This document shows, piece by piece, positions 7,301 to 16,852 of a stretch of DNA of 64,000 nucleotides. Within the stretch, counting starts at the first letter, position 1, and every line of letters begins with the position of its first letter. The translations under genes and the position numbers were made by a program. The DNA lies in the NCBI GenBank assembly GCA_021735105.1, contig JAIPHS010000001.1, positions 5,484 to 69,483 on the forward strand, read 5' to 3'. The notes below the pieces were generated by a model. That model saw only the letters and a list, made by a program, of their open reading frames with translations, did not search any database and was not told where the DNA came from. The DNA comes from Candidatus Omnitrophota bacterium. GTDB lineage: Bacteria; Omnitrophota; Gorgyraeia; Duberdicusellales; 4484-171.

Positions 7301-10204
7301 ATGATTTGGAGAATCGATGTATTCTCTAAGAAGGAAGAAGAAAGTATCGAGCTTAAATCTCAGATAAAAGATTTAGGGTTTAAAGATTTTTCTTTATCTA
7401 CAAAAAAAGTATATTTTATTGATGCAGAGTTTGATCTTAAAAAGATTAAACAAATTGCAGAAAAGCTTCTTATAGATCCAATCACAGAAGAATATGCTTT
7501 ATCTAAAGGTGTTTTTAGTAAAAAACCTTCTAGCCAAGAGATTATGGTAATTTATCATCCCGGTGTTTTTGATTCTGTTGCCGTTTCTTTAAAAAAAGCT
7601 ATTGATGACTTATCTTTAGGCAGCGTTGAAGTTCATACTGCCACTCTATATAGATTTGACGGCCTTAACCAGGCCCAGATTCATTCTTTAGGGCCCAAAA
7701 TTATTTATAATCCGGTTATCGAACAAGTAGCTGATTATAATAAATTAAAAAGCCTGGAAAGTTTATCTCAGCTGGCAGCCAGCCGCTATAGTTTTGAACT
7801 TAAGGTGATAGATATTTTAGAAGCCGATAAAAAGAAACTAGATCAAATATCTAAAGAGGGCTGCCTGGCTTTAAATACTCTTGAGATGAAAAAGATTCAA
7901 AAGTATTTTAAAGAATTGGGGCGTAATCCTACTGATTGTGAATTAGAGACTTTAGCTGTTTTATGGTCGGAACATTGCGGGCATAAAACTTTTTCCGGGC
8001 TTATTGATTATGAAGAAAAAACAGATGGAAAAATTATAAAAAAAGAAAAAATAAATAATTTACTTAAATCTACAATAATGAAAGCAACCAAAGAAATAAA
8101 TTCTCCTGAATGTGTATCTGTGTTCGTTGATAATTCAGGCATTGTAAAGTTTGATCAAGGCCAAAATATTTGCTTTAAAGTCGAAACTCACAATCATCCT
8201 TCGAGCCTTGAACCGTACGGAGGGGCTTCAACTGGTATTGGCGGGGTTATTAGAGATGTGTTAGGCACAGGGTCCGGGTTTAGGCCATTTGCCTCGATAG
8301 ATGCTTTTTGTTTTTCTAATTGGCAAGTAGAAGATAAAGATTTGCCTAAAGGTTTACTTCATCCGCGTAGAATCATTAAAGGAGTAGTATCCGGGGTGAG
8401 AGATTATGGTAATAAAATGGGTATTCCTACTGTAGCCGGTTCAGTGCTTTTTGACAATCGTTTTTTAGGAAACCCTTTAGTGTATTGTGGAACGCTTGGG
8501 ATTGGTTCTTCTGATAAATCTTTTAAAAAAGTTAAAAAAGGTGATTTAGTTGTGGTTTGTGGAGCAAAAACCGGTAAAGATGGAATTCATGGTGCTACTT
8601 TTTCGTCACAAGAATTAGACCAAGAAACTACGGGGCTGAGAAGTGCTGTGCAAATTGGTAATCCTATTGAAGAAAAGAAAGTTGCAGATGCTTTAATGCA
8701 GGCTCAAGAAAGGGATTTATTTACTGCAATTACAGATTGTGGAGCCGGAGGGCTTTCGAGTGCGGTTACTGAGTTAGCTAAAGATTATGGTGTTAAGGTT
8801 TATCTTGATAAGGTCCCGCTTAAATATAAAGGTTTAACCTATACAGATATTTGGATATCTGAATCCCAGGAAAGAATGGTCTTTTTTACCCAAGAAGATA
8901 AAATCAAGGAGCTAAAAGATATTTTCAAACAAGAAGAAGTTGATATGAGGGTAGTTGGCCAGGTAACCGGATCTAACGATTTAACTCTTTTTTATCAGGA
9001 TAATAAGGTGGCAGAGTTAGGCATGGATTTTATTTTCAGCAGCCTTCAAATTTCAAAAAAAGCTATTTGGGTAAATAGCAAACAAAAGAAAGAAAAACTA
9101 AAAGAAAAAAATAACTATAATCATGATTTAGCTGCTATTCTAAGTTCACCAAATATTGCCCCTAAAGATTGGATTTTGAATCAATACGACCATGAGGTTC
9201 AAGGGGGGTCAGTTTTAAAGGCGATTAGCAATTCGCCGCTTAAAACCAACGATGCGGCAGTAATAAGGCCTAAGCTTGACAGTCAAAAAGCTGTCGTAGT
9301 TGGATGCGGAATAAATCCTTTTTATTCTGACATTGATCCTTATTGGATGGCTGCTTTGGCTATCGATGAAGCTATGAGAAATGTAGTTTCAACTGGAGCA
9401 TCCTTAGATAAAACATTTATTTTAGATAATTTTAGCTGGGGCTCACCGGAAGATCCTCAAGTATTGGGCAGTTTAGTAAGGGCGGCAAAAGCTTGTTATG
9501 ATTATTCTGTTTATTTTGGCACACCTTTTATCTCGGGCAAAGACAGTTTATACAATGAATATAATTTAGGTAAAGATAAAATAACTATTCCAGGGACACT
9601 TTTAATTTCAGCTGTATCGGTATTAGATAATTGGCAGTTAGCCTTAGACAGTAGTTTTTCTAAAGAAGGTAATCTTATTTATCTAATTGGTTTAACTAAA
9701 CCAGAGCTCGGCCAATCTGAATACTTAAGGCAAAAAGGCATAAAACAGGGCTTGGTGCCAAAAGTTGAGCCTGACGCCAAAAATACTTTTATTAATTTAT
9801 CTAAAGCTATAAAGCAAAAGTTAGTTGTTTCTTGCCATGATTTATCTGAAGGTGGGCTTGCTGTGGCTGTTTCTGAGATGTGTGTAGGTTCTGGGATGGG
9901 GGTGTCTCTTTTTTTAGAGGAGGTGCCGGCTCAAGAAAGCAGCAAAGATTATCAACTTTTATTTTCTGAATCTCCTTCGAGGTTTTTAGTTGAGGTATCT
10001 AAAGATAAAAAAGAAGAGTTTGAAAATCAACTCCAGGGAGTGCCTTTTGGGCTTATTGGCTGTGTTTTGGCCGATGAACAGGTGGTTGTACATAATAAAA
10101 AATCAAATAAAATCATTGATATGAGTTTATCATATTTAGAAGGAAGTTTACTTAAGGCATTTCAAGAGTTTAGATGGGAACCAAAGGAGATAAAGAGCAG
10201 GTAG
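7301..10204 (+). CDS. purL: Phosphoribosylformylglycinamidine synthase PurL with fused N-terminal PurS-like domains
   Basis: WSEHCGHK, KVETHNHPS, GGVIRD, DCGAGG, SESQERM, ISGKDS, HDLSEGG; N-terminal PurS-like LLIDPITE and IYNPVIE motifs. Confidence 0.95.
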   Translation: MIWRIDVFSKKEEESIELKSQIKDLGFKDFSLSTKKVYFIDAEFDLKKIKQIAEKLLIDPITEEYALSKGVFSKKPSSQEIMVIYHPGVFDSVAVSLKKAIDDLSLGSVEVHTATLYRFDGLNQAQIHSLGPKIIYNPVIEQVADYNKLKSLESLSQLAASRYSFELKVIDILEADKKKLDQISKEGCLALNTLEMKKIQKYFKELGRNPTDCELETLAVLWSEHCGHKTFSGLIDYEEKTDGKIIKKEKINNLLKSTIMKATKEINSPECVSVFVDNSGIVKFDQGQNICFKVETHNHPSSLEPYGGASTGIGGVIRDVLGTGSGFRPFASIDAFCFSNWQVEDKDLPKGLLHPRRIIKGVVSGVRDYGNKMGIPTVAGSVLFDNRFLGNPLVYCGTLGIGSSDKSFKKVKKGDLVVVCGAKTGKDGIHGATFSSQELDQETTGLRSAVQIGNPIEEKKVADALMQAQERDLFTAITDCGAGGLSSAVTELAKDYGVKVYLDKVPLKYKGLTYTDIWISESQERMVFFTQEDKIKELKDIFKQEEVDMRVVGQVTGSNDLTLFYQDNKVAELGMDFIFSSLQISKKAIWVNSKQKKEKLKEKNNYNHDLAAILSSPNIAPKDWILNQYDHEVQGGSVLKAISNSPLKTNDAAVIRPKLDSQKAVVVGCGINPFYSDIDPYWMAALAIDEAMRNVVSTGASLDKTFILDNFSWGSPEDPQVLGSLVRAAKACYDYSVYFGTPFISGKDSLYNEYNLGKDKITIPGTLLISAVSVLDNWQLALDSSFSKEGNLIYLIGLTKPELGQSEYLRQKGIKQGLVPKVEPDAKNTFINLSKAIKQKLVVSCHDLSEGGLAVAVSEMCVGSGMGVSLFLEEVPAQESSKDYQLLFSESPSRFLVEVSKDKKEEFENQLQGVPFGLIGCVLADEQVVVHNKKSNKIIDMSLSYLEGSLLKAFQEFRWEPKEIKSR

Positions 10205-10206
10205 CT

Positions 10207-10980
10207 ATGGCAAAGCCCAATGTTTTAATTTTTCGTACTGCTGGAACAAATTGTGATAAAGAAACAGAATTTGCTTTTAAAGCTGCTGGTGCAAAAACTG
10301 AACTAGATCATATAAATATTATCAAGAAAAAAAAGGATTTTTCTTCTTATCAAATTATCTGTATTCCGGGAGGTTTTAGTTACGGGGATGATTTAGGAGC
10401 AGGAAAAATATTTTCATTAGAAATTATTCTTTGGTTAAAAGATAAAATGAAAAATTTTATTTACAAAGGAGGTTTGATTTTAGGAGTTTGCAATGGTTTT
10501 CAGGTTTTGGTTAGATCGGGTATTCTTCCTAATTTAAATTTTAACCAAAGTTTAAGCTTGATAGAAAATGATTCCGGACGCTTTGAAGATCGGTGGGTTC
10601 AGTTAAAAATAGATTCTGGTTCTAATTGTTTAGCCAGAAAAATATGGTTTAAACAGTTGCCGGAATTGATTTACTTGCCAGTTGCTCATGCTGAAGGTAA
10701 ACTGTTTTGCAAACAGAATATTTTAAATAAAATAAAAAATAATAATCAGATTGCGTTAAGGTATAGCAGCAGCAAGGGCAATGAGGTTAATTATCCGGAT
10801 AACCCTAACGGCTCTTTAGATAATATTGCCGGTATTCTAGACCAAACTGGTAGAGTCCTTGGGCTTATGCCGCATCCAGAAAGGTTTATTTTTCAGCATC
10901 AATATCCATATTGGCAAAAAGAAAAAAAGGATCCATATGGTTTCAGTTTGTTTAAAAATTCCGTAGATTATTTTAGGTAA
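10207..10980 (+). CDS. purQ: FGAM synthase glutaminase subunit PurQ
   Basis: GTNCD, PGGFSYGD, GVCNGFQ, AHAEG, NPNGS, MPHPER; ATG 10207 just after purL preferred over 10174. Confidence 0.95.
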   Translation: MAKPNVLIFRTAGTNCDKETEFAFKAAGAKTELDHINIIKKKKDFSSYQIICIPGGFSYGDDLGAGKIFSLEIILWLKDKMKNFIYKGGLILGVCNGFQVLVRSGILPNLNFNQSLSLIENDSGRFEDRWVQLKIDSGSNCLARKIWFKQLPELIYLPVAHAEGKLFCKQNILNKIKNNNQIALRYSSSKGNEVNYPDNPNGSLDNIAGILDQTGRVLGLMPHPERFIFQHQYPYWQKEKKDPYGFSLFKNSVDYFR

Positions 10981-11000
10981 TTTAACAAGGGAGAGTGTTT

Positions 11001-12395
11001 ATGAGTGGTATATTCGGAGTAGTTTCTAAAAATAAAAAGTGTATGGATCAGCTTTTTTATCTTGGCGATTATCATTCTCATCTTGGGACTAATTTTGGAG
11101 GTGTGGCCTTATCTGGGAAAAAAATGGTAAGAAAGATCCACAATATAAGCAATAGCCAGTTTAAGTCTAAATTGTTAGAAGAATATAGTTCTTTAGAAGG
11201 TGACAAAGGAATTGGAACTATAAGTTATGAAGAACAACCTTTATATGTTAAATCCAGGTTTGGAGACTTTTGTTTGGCGATAAATGGGTGGATAAATAAT
11301 TGGAAGGTTTTAGCTCGAGAATTATTTTCAAATAATTTTTCTTTTAGTGAAGTTTCTAATAGCCGGGTAAATATATGTGAACTGGTAAGTAAATTAATCT
11401 TACAAAAAGGGTCTTTGGATAAAGGGATAGAATATATGTATTCAAAGATTGAAGGTTCTATATCTTTATTAATTTTAACGAAAAAGGGGATTTATGCGTC
11501 TCGAGATAAATACGGAATATCATCATTAATTATCGGGAAAAATAAAAGTGGGTTTGCAGTTGTTACCGAAACTGCGGCTTTTCCTAATTTAGATTTTAAA
11601 GTCGAAAAAGAGCTAATGCCGGGTGAAATTGTATTTATAAATAAAGAGAGCTTAGAGCAGAAAAAGGCCGGCATCAAGAAAAACTTAAAGGTTTGTGCTT
11701 TTTCATGGATTTATACAGGATTTCCTGCTTCTTCTTATGAGGGCATAAATACAGAAAAGGTAAGGGAAAATTGTGGTAGATGTTTAGCTCGAAATGACAG
11801 AATTAAACCTGATTTAGCAGCTGGAGTTCCAGATTCAGGTATTGCTCATGCTATAGGGTATGCTTTGGGCAAGGGTATTCCTTTTCGCAGGCCTTTGGTT
11901 AAATATACACCCGGATATGGGCGCAGCTATCTTCCTTCTTTACAAAGTATAAGGAATCTAGTAGCTAAAATGAAACTTATTCCGATAAAAGAAATAATCA
12001 AAAATAAAAAAATTGTTCTTTGTGAAGATTCTATCGTAAGAGGTACTCAGCTTAAGAGTTATACTCTTACAAAATTATGGGAAAATAAAGCTAAACAAAT
12101 TCATGTTCGGGTTGCTTGTCCGCCCTTAATGTTTCCTTGCGTCTTTAACTATTCAACTCGGGCTAAAAAAGAATTAGTGGCCCGCCGGGCGATAAAAGCA
12201 ATTGAGAAAAAGGAAATAAAAGATGCTTCTCAATACATAAATGATAAATCTGCCAAATATAATAAGATGGTGTCTTGGATAGCTAAAGATTTAGGAGTAA
12301 CTAGTTTAAAATATCAAAAAATTGACGATATGGTTGCGGCGATTGGTTTACCTAAAGATAAGCTTTGTCTTTATTGCTGGACTGGAAAGAAATAG
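11001..12395 (+). CDS. purF: Amidophosphoribosyltransferase, variant lacking the N-terminal Cys
   Basis: GVPDSG, EDSIVRGT PRPP motif, ACPP and LCLYC Fe-S ligands; begins MSGIFG; SD at 10988-10993. Confidence 0.9.
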   Translation: MSGIFGVVSKNKKCMDQLFYLGDYHSHLGTNFGGVALSGKKMVRKIHNISNSQFKSKLLEEYSSLEGDKGIGTISYEEQPLYVKSRFGDFCLAINGWINNWKVLARELFSNNFSFSEVSNSRVNICELVSKLILQKGSLDKGIEYMYSKIEGSISLLILTKKGIYASRDKYGISSLIIGKNKSGFAVVTETAAFPNLDFKVEKELMPGEIVFINKESLEQKKAGIKKNLKVCAFSWIYTGFPASSYEGINTEKVRENCGRCLARNDRIKPDLAAGVPDSGIAHAIGYALGKGIPFRRPLVKYTPGYGRSYLPSLQSIRNLVAKMKLIPIKEIIKNKKIVLCEDSIVRGTQLKSYTLTKLWENKAKQIHVRVACPPLMFPCVFNYSTRAKKELVARRAIKAIEKKEIKDASQYINDKSAKYNKMVSWIAKDLGVTSLKYQKIDDMVAAIGLPKDKLCLYCWTGKK

Positions 12396-12401
12396 CTATC
12401 A

Positions 12402-12512
12402 CTGCCTGCACTTAGTACAGGCAGGGGTAAATTGAGAAGGCACTTCGCCGAGTAATTCGGCTCAGTGCCATTGAAAATTAAGGTATTCGTTAAATAGTTT
12501 CATTTTCAATGG
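12402..12512. repeat. Three adjacent hairpins between purF and purM (REP-like)
   Basis: ctgcctg...caggcag (12402-12424); ggcact-tcgccgagtaattcggctc-agtgcc (12439-12469); ccattgaaaat...attttcaatgg (12468-12512). Confidence 0.7.
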
Positions 12513-12522
12513 AGGAGAATTC

Positions 12523-13524
12523 ATGGGAAAAATTGATTATAAAAAAGCTGGTGTAGATATAAAAAAAGCGGATCAGTTTGTAGCAGGGATTGGTTCTTTT
12601 GTTTCTTCTAAAAAAATCAACAAGACTTCTGTTTTTGGTTCTCTTTTTGATTTTAAAGCTGTAGCCAAAAAATATAAAGATCCAGTTCTGGTTTCTTCTA
12701 CTGATGGGGTGGGGACAAAACTGAAATTAGCTCAAAAGTTTGGCCTACATTCCGGAGTGGGCATAGATTTAGTAGCTATGAATGTCAATGATATTATTTG
12801 CCTAGGGGCTAAACCGCTTTTTTTCCTTGATTATATAGCTTGCGGTAAATTAAAACCAGCTGTTTTAAAAAAAGTGGTTGGAGGTATATACCAGGGCTTG
12901 TCAGAAAGTAATTGCAGTCTTTTGGGAGGCGAAACTGCTGAAATGCCTGGTATGTACAAAAAGGATGAATATGATTTAGCCGGGTTTTGTTTGGGAGTAG
13001 TTGATAGGAAAAAGATAATAAATGGGAGTAAAATTAAAGAAGGGGATAAAATAATAGGGGTTTCTTCGTCGGGCCTTCATTCTAATGGTTTTTCTTTAGT
13101 AAGAAAGGTATTAAATCAAAAAGATCTTAAAAGCCACAAAAAGACTTTGCTTAAACCTACACGTGTTTATGTAAAGTCAATACTTTCTTTGCTTTCATCT
13201 AAGAGTTTGGGCAATTCAGTAACCGGGATAGCTCATATCACTGGTGGCGCTTTTTATAATAAAGCGACTAAAATTGTTCCTGGAGGTTTGAGTTTGCTGG
13301 TGAGTAAAAAAAGCTGGTGCCCAGGCAATATATTTAAAAAAATTCAAAAAAGAGGAAATTTGAGCCAAACTCAAATGTATTCAGTTTTTAATATGGGTAT
13401 TGGTTTGATAGTTGTTGTTAAAAAAGATGCAGCTAAAAGAATATTAAATAGATTGAATAAAAGCTATAAGAGTTATTTGGTCGGAGAAGTTGTTAAAGAT
13501 AAAAATAAACTTATTTTAAACTAG
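12523..13524 (+). CDS. purM: Phosphoribosylformylglycinamidine cyclo-ligase
   Basis: YKKAGVD, TDGVGTK, GGETAEMPG, SSGLHSNGFS, AHITGG, FNMGIG. Confidence 0.97.
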   Translation: MGKIDYKKAGVDIKKADQFVAGIGSFVSSKKINKTSVFGSLFDFKAVAKKYKDPVLVSSTDGVGTKLKLAQKFGLHSGVGIDLVAMNVNDIICLGAKPLFFLDYIACGKLKPAVLKKVVGGIYQGLSESNCSLLGGETAEMPGMYKKDEYDLAGFCLGVVDRKKIINGSKIKEGDKIIGVSSSGLHSNGFSLVRKVLNQKDLKSHKKTLLKPTRVYVKSILSLLSSKSLGNSVTGIAHITGGAFYNKATKIVPGGLSLLVSKKSWCPGNIFKKIQKRGNLSQTQMYSVFNMGIGLIVVVKKDAAKRILNRLNKSYKSYLVGEVVKDKNKLILN

Positions 13525-13542
13525 GTTAAAACAGGGGTAACT

Positions 13543-14847
13543 GTGAAAGTTTTAGTTGTTGGATCAGGAGCTAGAGAACATTGTTTAGTTGATAAATTAT
13601 TCCAAAGCCCTAAAGTTGATAAGATTTATATTGCGCCCGGTAACGGGGGGACATCTCAATTATGCGAAAATATTGACATTGAAGCTGATGATATTGAATC
13701 TTTGGTGAAATTTGCAGTAGCTAAAGATGTAGGGCTTACTGTGGTAGGCCCTGAAATTCCTTTGGCTAAAGGAATTGTGGATAAGTTTAAAGATAAAGGA
13801 TTAAAAATTTTTGGCCCAAACCAGGAATTAGCTCAGTTAGAATCATCTAAGGTGTTTGCTAAAGAGTTAATGGAAAAATATAATATTCCCACCGCGAGTT
13901 TTCAAGTTTTTAACCAACCTAATTCAGCAAAAGAATATCTTAAAAAGATTAATTTTCCTGTTGTAGTTAAGGCAGATGGTTTGGCTGCTGGTAAAGGGGT
14001 TATGGTTTGTGAAAATAAAGAAGAAGCTAAGACGGCAATAGATACTATAATGGTAGAAAAAAAATTCGGCCAGGCCGGTAATAATTTAATTATTGAAGAT
14101 TGCCTGAAAGGCCAAGAATTTTCAGTTTTAGCTTTTAGTGATGGAGAAACTATTTTACCCTTGGCAGCTTCACAAGATCATAAACGTGCTTTTGATAATG
14201 ATAGAGGGCCTAACACAGGAGGCATGGGAGCATATGCACCGACTCCTTTACTAGATAAACAAGGTTTTGATCAGATAATAGATGGTATATTTTATCCTTT
14301 GATAAAAGGGTTAAAAAAAGAAAATAAATTATATAAAGGAATTCTCTATGCTGGGCTTATGCTTACAGATAATGGGCCTAGTGTTTTGGAATTCAATGTA
14401 AGGTTTGGGGATCCTGAAGCGCAGGTTGTTTTACCTAAGCTAAAAGGGGATTTAGCTGATATCATTTTAAAAACTATTGGAGGAAAGTTGTCTGAGGCAA
14501 AAATTGAAGAGGACCTAAGAGCTTGTGTTTGTGTAGTATTGGCTTCAGGCGGATATCCTAATAAATACCAAAAAGGTAAAGAAATAAAGGGATTAGAAAT
14601 TGCCCAAAAGCAAAGAGATATTTTGGTTTATCAGGCTGGAACTAAAAAAGAAGCTGGAAAAATATTAACTAATGGAGGAAGAGTTCTCAGTGTAGTTGGC
14701 TTTGGGAGTACAATAAAAGAAGCAAAAGATAAGGCATATAAAGTTGTGGGCAAAATAAGCTTTGAGGGCATGCAGTATAGAAAAGATATAAGTGATAAAG
14801 CTTTGTTAAGTCCTAAGTCCAAAGTCCAATGTCCAAAGTCAAATTAA
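13543..14847 (+). CDS. purD: Phosphoribosylamine-glycine ligase
   Basis: GSGAREH, KADGLAAGKGV, QDHKR, GPNTGGMG, EFNVRFGDPE; GTG start. Confidence 0.97.
   Translation: MKVLVVGSGAREHCLVDKLFQSPKVDKIYIAPGNGGTSQLCENIDIEADDIESLVKFAVAKDVGLTVVGPEIPLAKGIVDKFKDKGLKIFGPNQELAQLESSKVFAKELMEKYNIPTASFQVFNQPNSAKEYLKKINFPVVVKADGLAAGKGVMVCENKEEAKTAIDTIMVEKKFGQAGNNLIIEDCLKGQEFSVLAFSDGETILPLAASQDHKRAFDNDRGPNTGGMGAYAPTPLLDKQGFDQIIDGIFYPLIKGLKKENKLYKGILYAGLMLTDNGPSVLEFNVRFGDPEAQVVLPKLKGDLADIILKTIGGKLSEAKIEEDLRACVCVVLASGGYPNKYQKGKEIKGLEIAQKQRDILVYQAGTKKEAGKILTNGGRVLSVVGFGSTIKEAKDKAYKVVGKISFEGMQYRKDISDKALLSPKSKVQCPKSN
14807..14841 (+). repeat. Heptamer tandem array (WAAGTCC x5) in the purD 3' end
   Basis: taagtcc taagtcc aaagtcc aatgtcc aaagtca; translated as the tail SPKSKVQCPKSN. 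Confidence 0.8.
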
Positions 14848-14859
14848 GAGGAGGATAAG

Positions 14860-15315
14860 ATGACAAAAAAGATAGCTGTTGTTTTGGGGAGTAAGTCAGA
14901 CAAAGAAAAACTAAAGATAGGTTTTCAACTTTTAGATGAAGCGGGAGTTTCTTATAAGTTAAAAGTAATCTCTGCTCACAGGAATCCGGATAAGTTAAGA
15001 AGTTATTGTAAAAAAATCGAAAAAGACAAAATAGATTTGGTTATAGCTTGTGCAGGTTTGGCGGCAGCTTTACCTGGGTTTATGGCTTCTTATCTAAACA
15101 TTCCTGTAATTGGAGTAGGCCTAAAAGGCGGAATGATGGATGGATTAGATTCGCTTTTTTCTATTGTGAGCGCTCCTAAGGGAATCGGGCTTGTTTCTTC
15201 GGGATTAGGAGAAAATGGTTTTATCAATGCTATTATTTTTGCTTTAGAAATAATGGGAATATCGGATAATGCAAGTTTAGAAAAAGTTAAAAAAATAAAA
15301 AATAAATTTAAATAA
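14860..15315 (+). CDS. purE: AIR carboxylase / N5-CAIR mutase PurE
   Basis: GSKSD, SAHRNP, AGLAAALPG, PVIGV, GLDSLFSIV. Confidence 0.93.
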   Translation: MTKKIAVVLGSKSDKEKLKIGFQLLDEAGVSYKLKVISAHRNPDKLRSYCKKIEKDKIDLVIACAGLAAALPGFMASYLNIPVIGVGLKGGMMDGLDSLFSIVSAPKGIGLVSSGLGENGFINAIIFALEIMGISDNASLEKVKKIKNKFK

Positions 15316-15320
15316 TAGCA

Positions 15321-16385
15321 ATGGAAAAAATAACAATTGATACAAAAAAAATAGGTAAATTGGACATAAAAAGGGCAGCTAATATGCTTTCTCAAGGAAA
15401 AATTGTAGCTATGCCCACAGAAACTGTCTATGGCTTGGCTGTAAGAACTGATAAAAAGAATGGAGTAGAAAAGTTATATTCTTTAAAAGAAAGGCCTCTG
15501 GATAAACCGTTTAGCATTGCTTTAGCTGATTTAGACAAAGCAATCAACCAATATTTTTTAACTCTTAATCCTTTTGGGCATCGATTGATAGAGAATTTTT
15601 GGCCGGGGCCTCTTACCATTGTTTATTACAAGAATCCAGAAGGTAAAGTTGGTATTAGGATACCTTCTAATTTTGTTGCCAATAGTATTTTGAGGCTTCT
15701 TGGTTCTGCGGTTTTTTTTCCTTCGGCCAATCGAAGCGGCCAAAATGAAGCTATTTCTGCAGATCAAGTAGAAGAAAGCTTTGATGGGCAAATAGATTTA
15801 ATTGTTGACGGAGGAAAGGCTGATTATAAGAAATCATCAACAGTTGTAGATTTAACTTATAAACCATTTAAAATATTACGAGAAGGTGTAGTTTCAGAAA
15901 AGCAGATTGCAGCTATTTTTATCAGAAGAAGAATATTATTTGTTTGCACGGGTAATAGTTGCCGGTCCCCTATGGCTGAATATATTTTGCGTAAATACCT
16001 GCAGGAAAAACGAAGAGCTGCTTTGCAAAGATATGAGATTATTTCTGCAGGGATTGCTGCTCCGGAAGGTAGGCATCCGCCTGAGCAGGTAGAGAAGGTA
16101 ATACAAAAGCAGGAAGGTACTAATATAGCAGGCTTTAAAGCCAAGCAATTAACAAAACAAATGATACTTTCTTCGGATTATATTTTTACAATGGAAGATT
16201 CTCAAAAAGAAGATATTTTAAGAAAAGTTCCTTCGGCTCGGGCGAGAATTTTTAATTTAACTCAATTTCTTCTTTCTGAAAAAATCGTAAATATTCCTGA
16301 TCCAATAGGGAAAAGTTTTGTTTTTTATGAAAATGCCTATAAAATGATAAAAAAATCAATAAACGAGTTAAGTGATTGGTTATAA
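15321..16385 (+). CDS. tsaC: Threonylcarbamoyl-AMP synthase (TsaC/Sua5) fused to a low-molecular-weight protein Tyr/Arg phosphatase
   Basis: PTETVYGL, KERPLDKP, WPGPLT, SANRSG, STVVD, then FVCTGNSCRSPMAE (CX5R) and IPDPIG. Confidence 0.9.
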   Translation: MEKITIDTKKIGKLDIKRAANMLSQGKIVAMPTETVYGLAVRTDKKNGVEKLYSLKERPLDKPFSIALADLDKAINQYFLTLNPFGHRLIENFWPGPLTIVYYKNPEGKVGIRIPSNFVANSILRLLGSAVFFPSANRSGQNEAISADQVEESFDGQIDLIVDGGKADYKKSSTVVDLTYKPFKILREGVVSEKQIAAIFIRRRILFVCTGNSCRSPMAEYILRKYLQEKRRAALQRYEIISAGIAAPEGRHPPEQVEKVIQKQEGTNIAGFKAKQLTKQMILSSDYIFTMEDSQKEDILRKVPSARARIFNLTQFLLSEKIVNIPDPIGKSFVFYENAYKMIKKSINELSDWL

Positions 16386-16408
16386 TAATTTAGGAAAAGG
16401 AGACTAAT

Positions 16409-16852
16409 ATGAGGATAGCTTTTGGTTGTGATCACCGTGGCTTTAAATTAAAAAATACTTTAATAAACTATTTAGAAGGTAAAGGCCATAAAATTATTGA
16501 TTTCGGTACATTTTCTAAGGATTCATGTGATTATCCTGATTATATTTATCCAGCTGCGTCTGCAGTAGCTAATAAAAAAGCAGATAGAGCTGTTGTTATT
16601 TGTTTTACTGGAATTGGAAGCTGTATTTTGGCGAATAAAATAAAGGGAATAAGGGCGGCTTTAGCTTACAATATAAAAAGCGCTAAACTTTCCCGTTGTC
16701 ATAATGATAGTAATGTTTTGGTGCTGGCTGCAGATTTGGTGAAGCCGGATTATGCTAAAAAAATGGCTTTAAGTTGGCTTAAAGAAGGTTTTGAAGCAGG
16801 AAGGCATAGCCGAAGATTGCGTAAGATACGAAAAGCCGAGGAATCTCAATAA
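16409..16852 (+). CDS. rpiB: Ribose-5-phosphate isomerase B
   Basis: GCDHRG, DYPD, CFTGIG, ANKIKGIRAA, HNDSNVL, FEAGRHSRR. Confidence 0.95.
   Translation: MRIAFGCDHRGFKLKNTLINYLEGKGHKIIDFGTFSKDSCDYPDYIYPAASAVANKKADRAVVICFTGIGSCILANKIKGIRAALAYNIKSAKLSRCHNDSNVLVLAADLVKPDYAKKMALSWLKEGFEAGRHSRRLRKIRKAEESQ

Noticed and set aside
5967-15315. Absence of purC, purH, purN and purK as pathway loss
   Set aside because: Only 64 kb is visible, and these genes are often located elsewhere.
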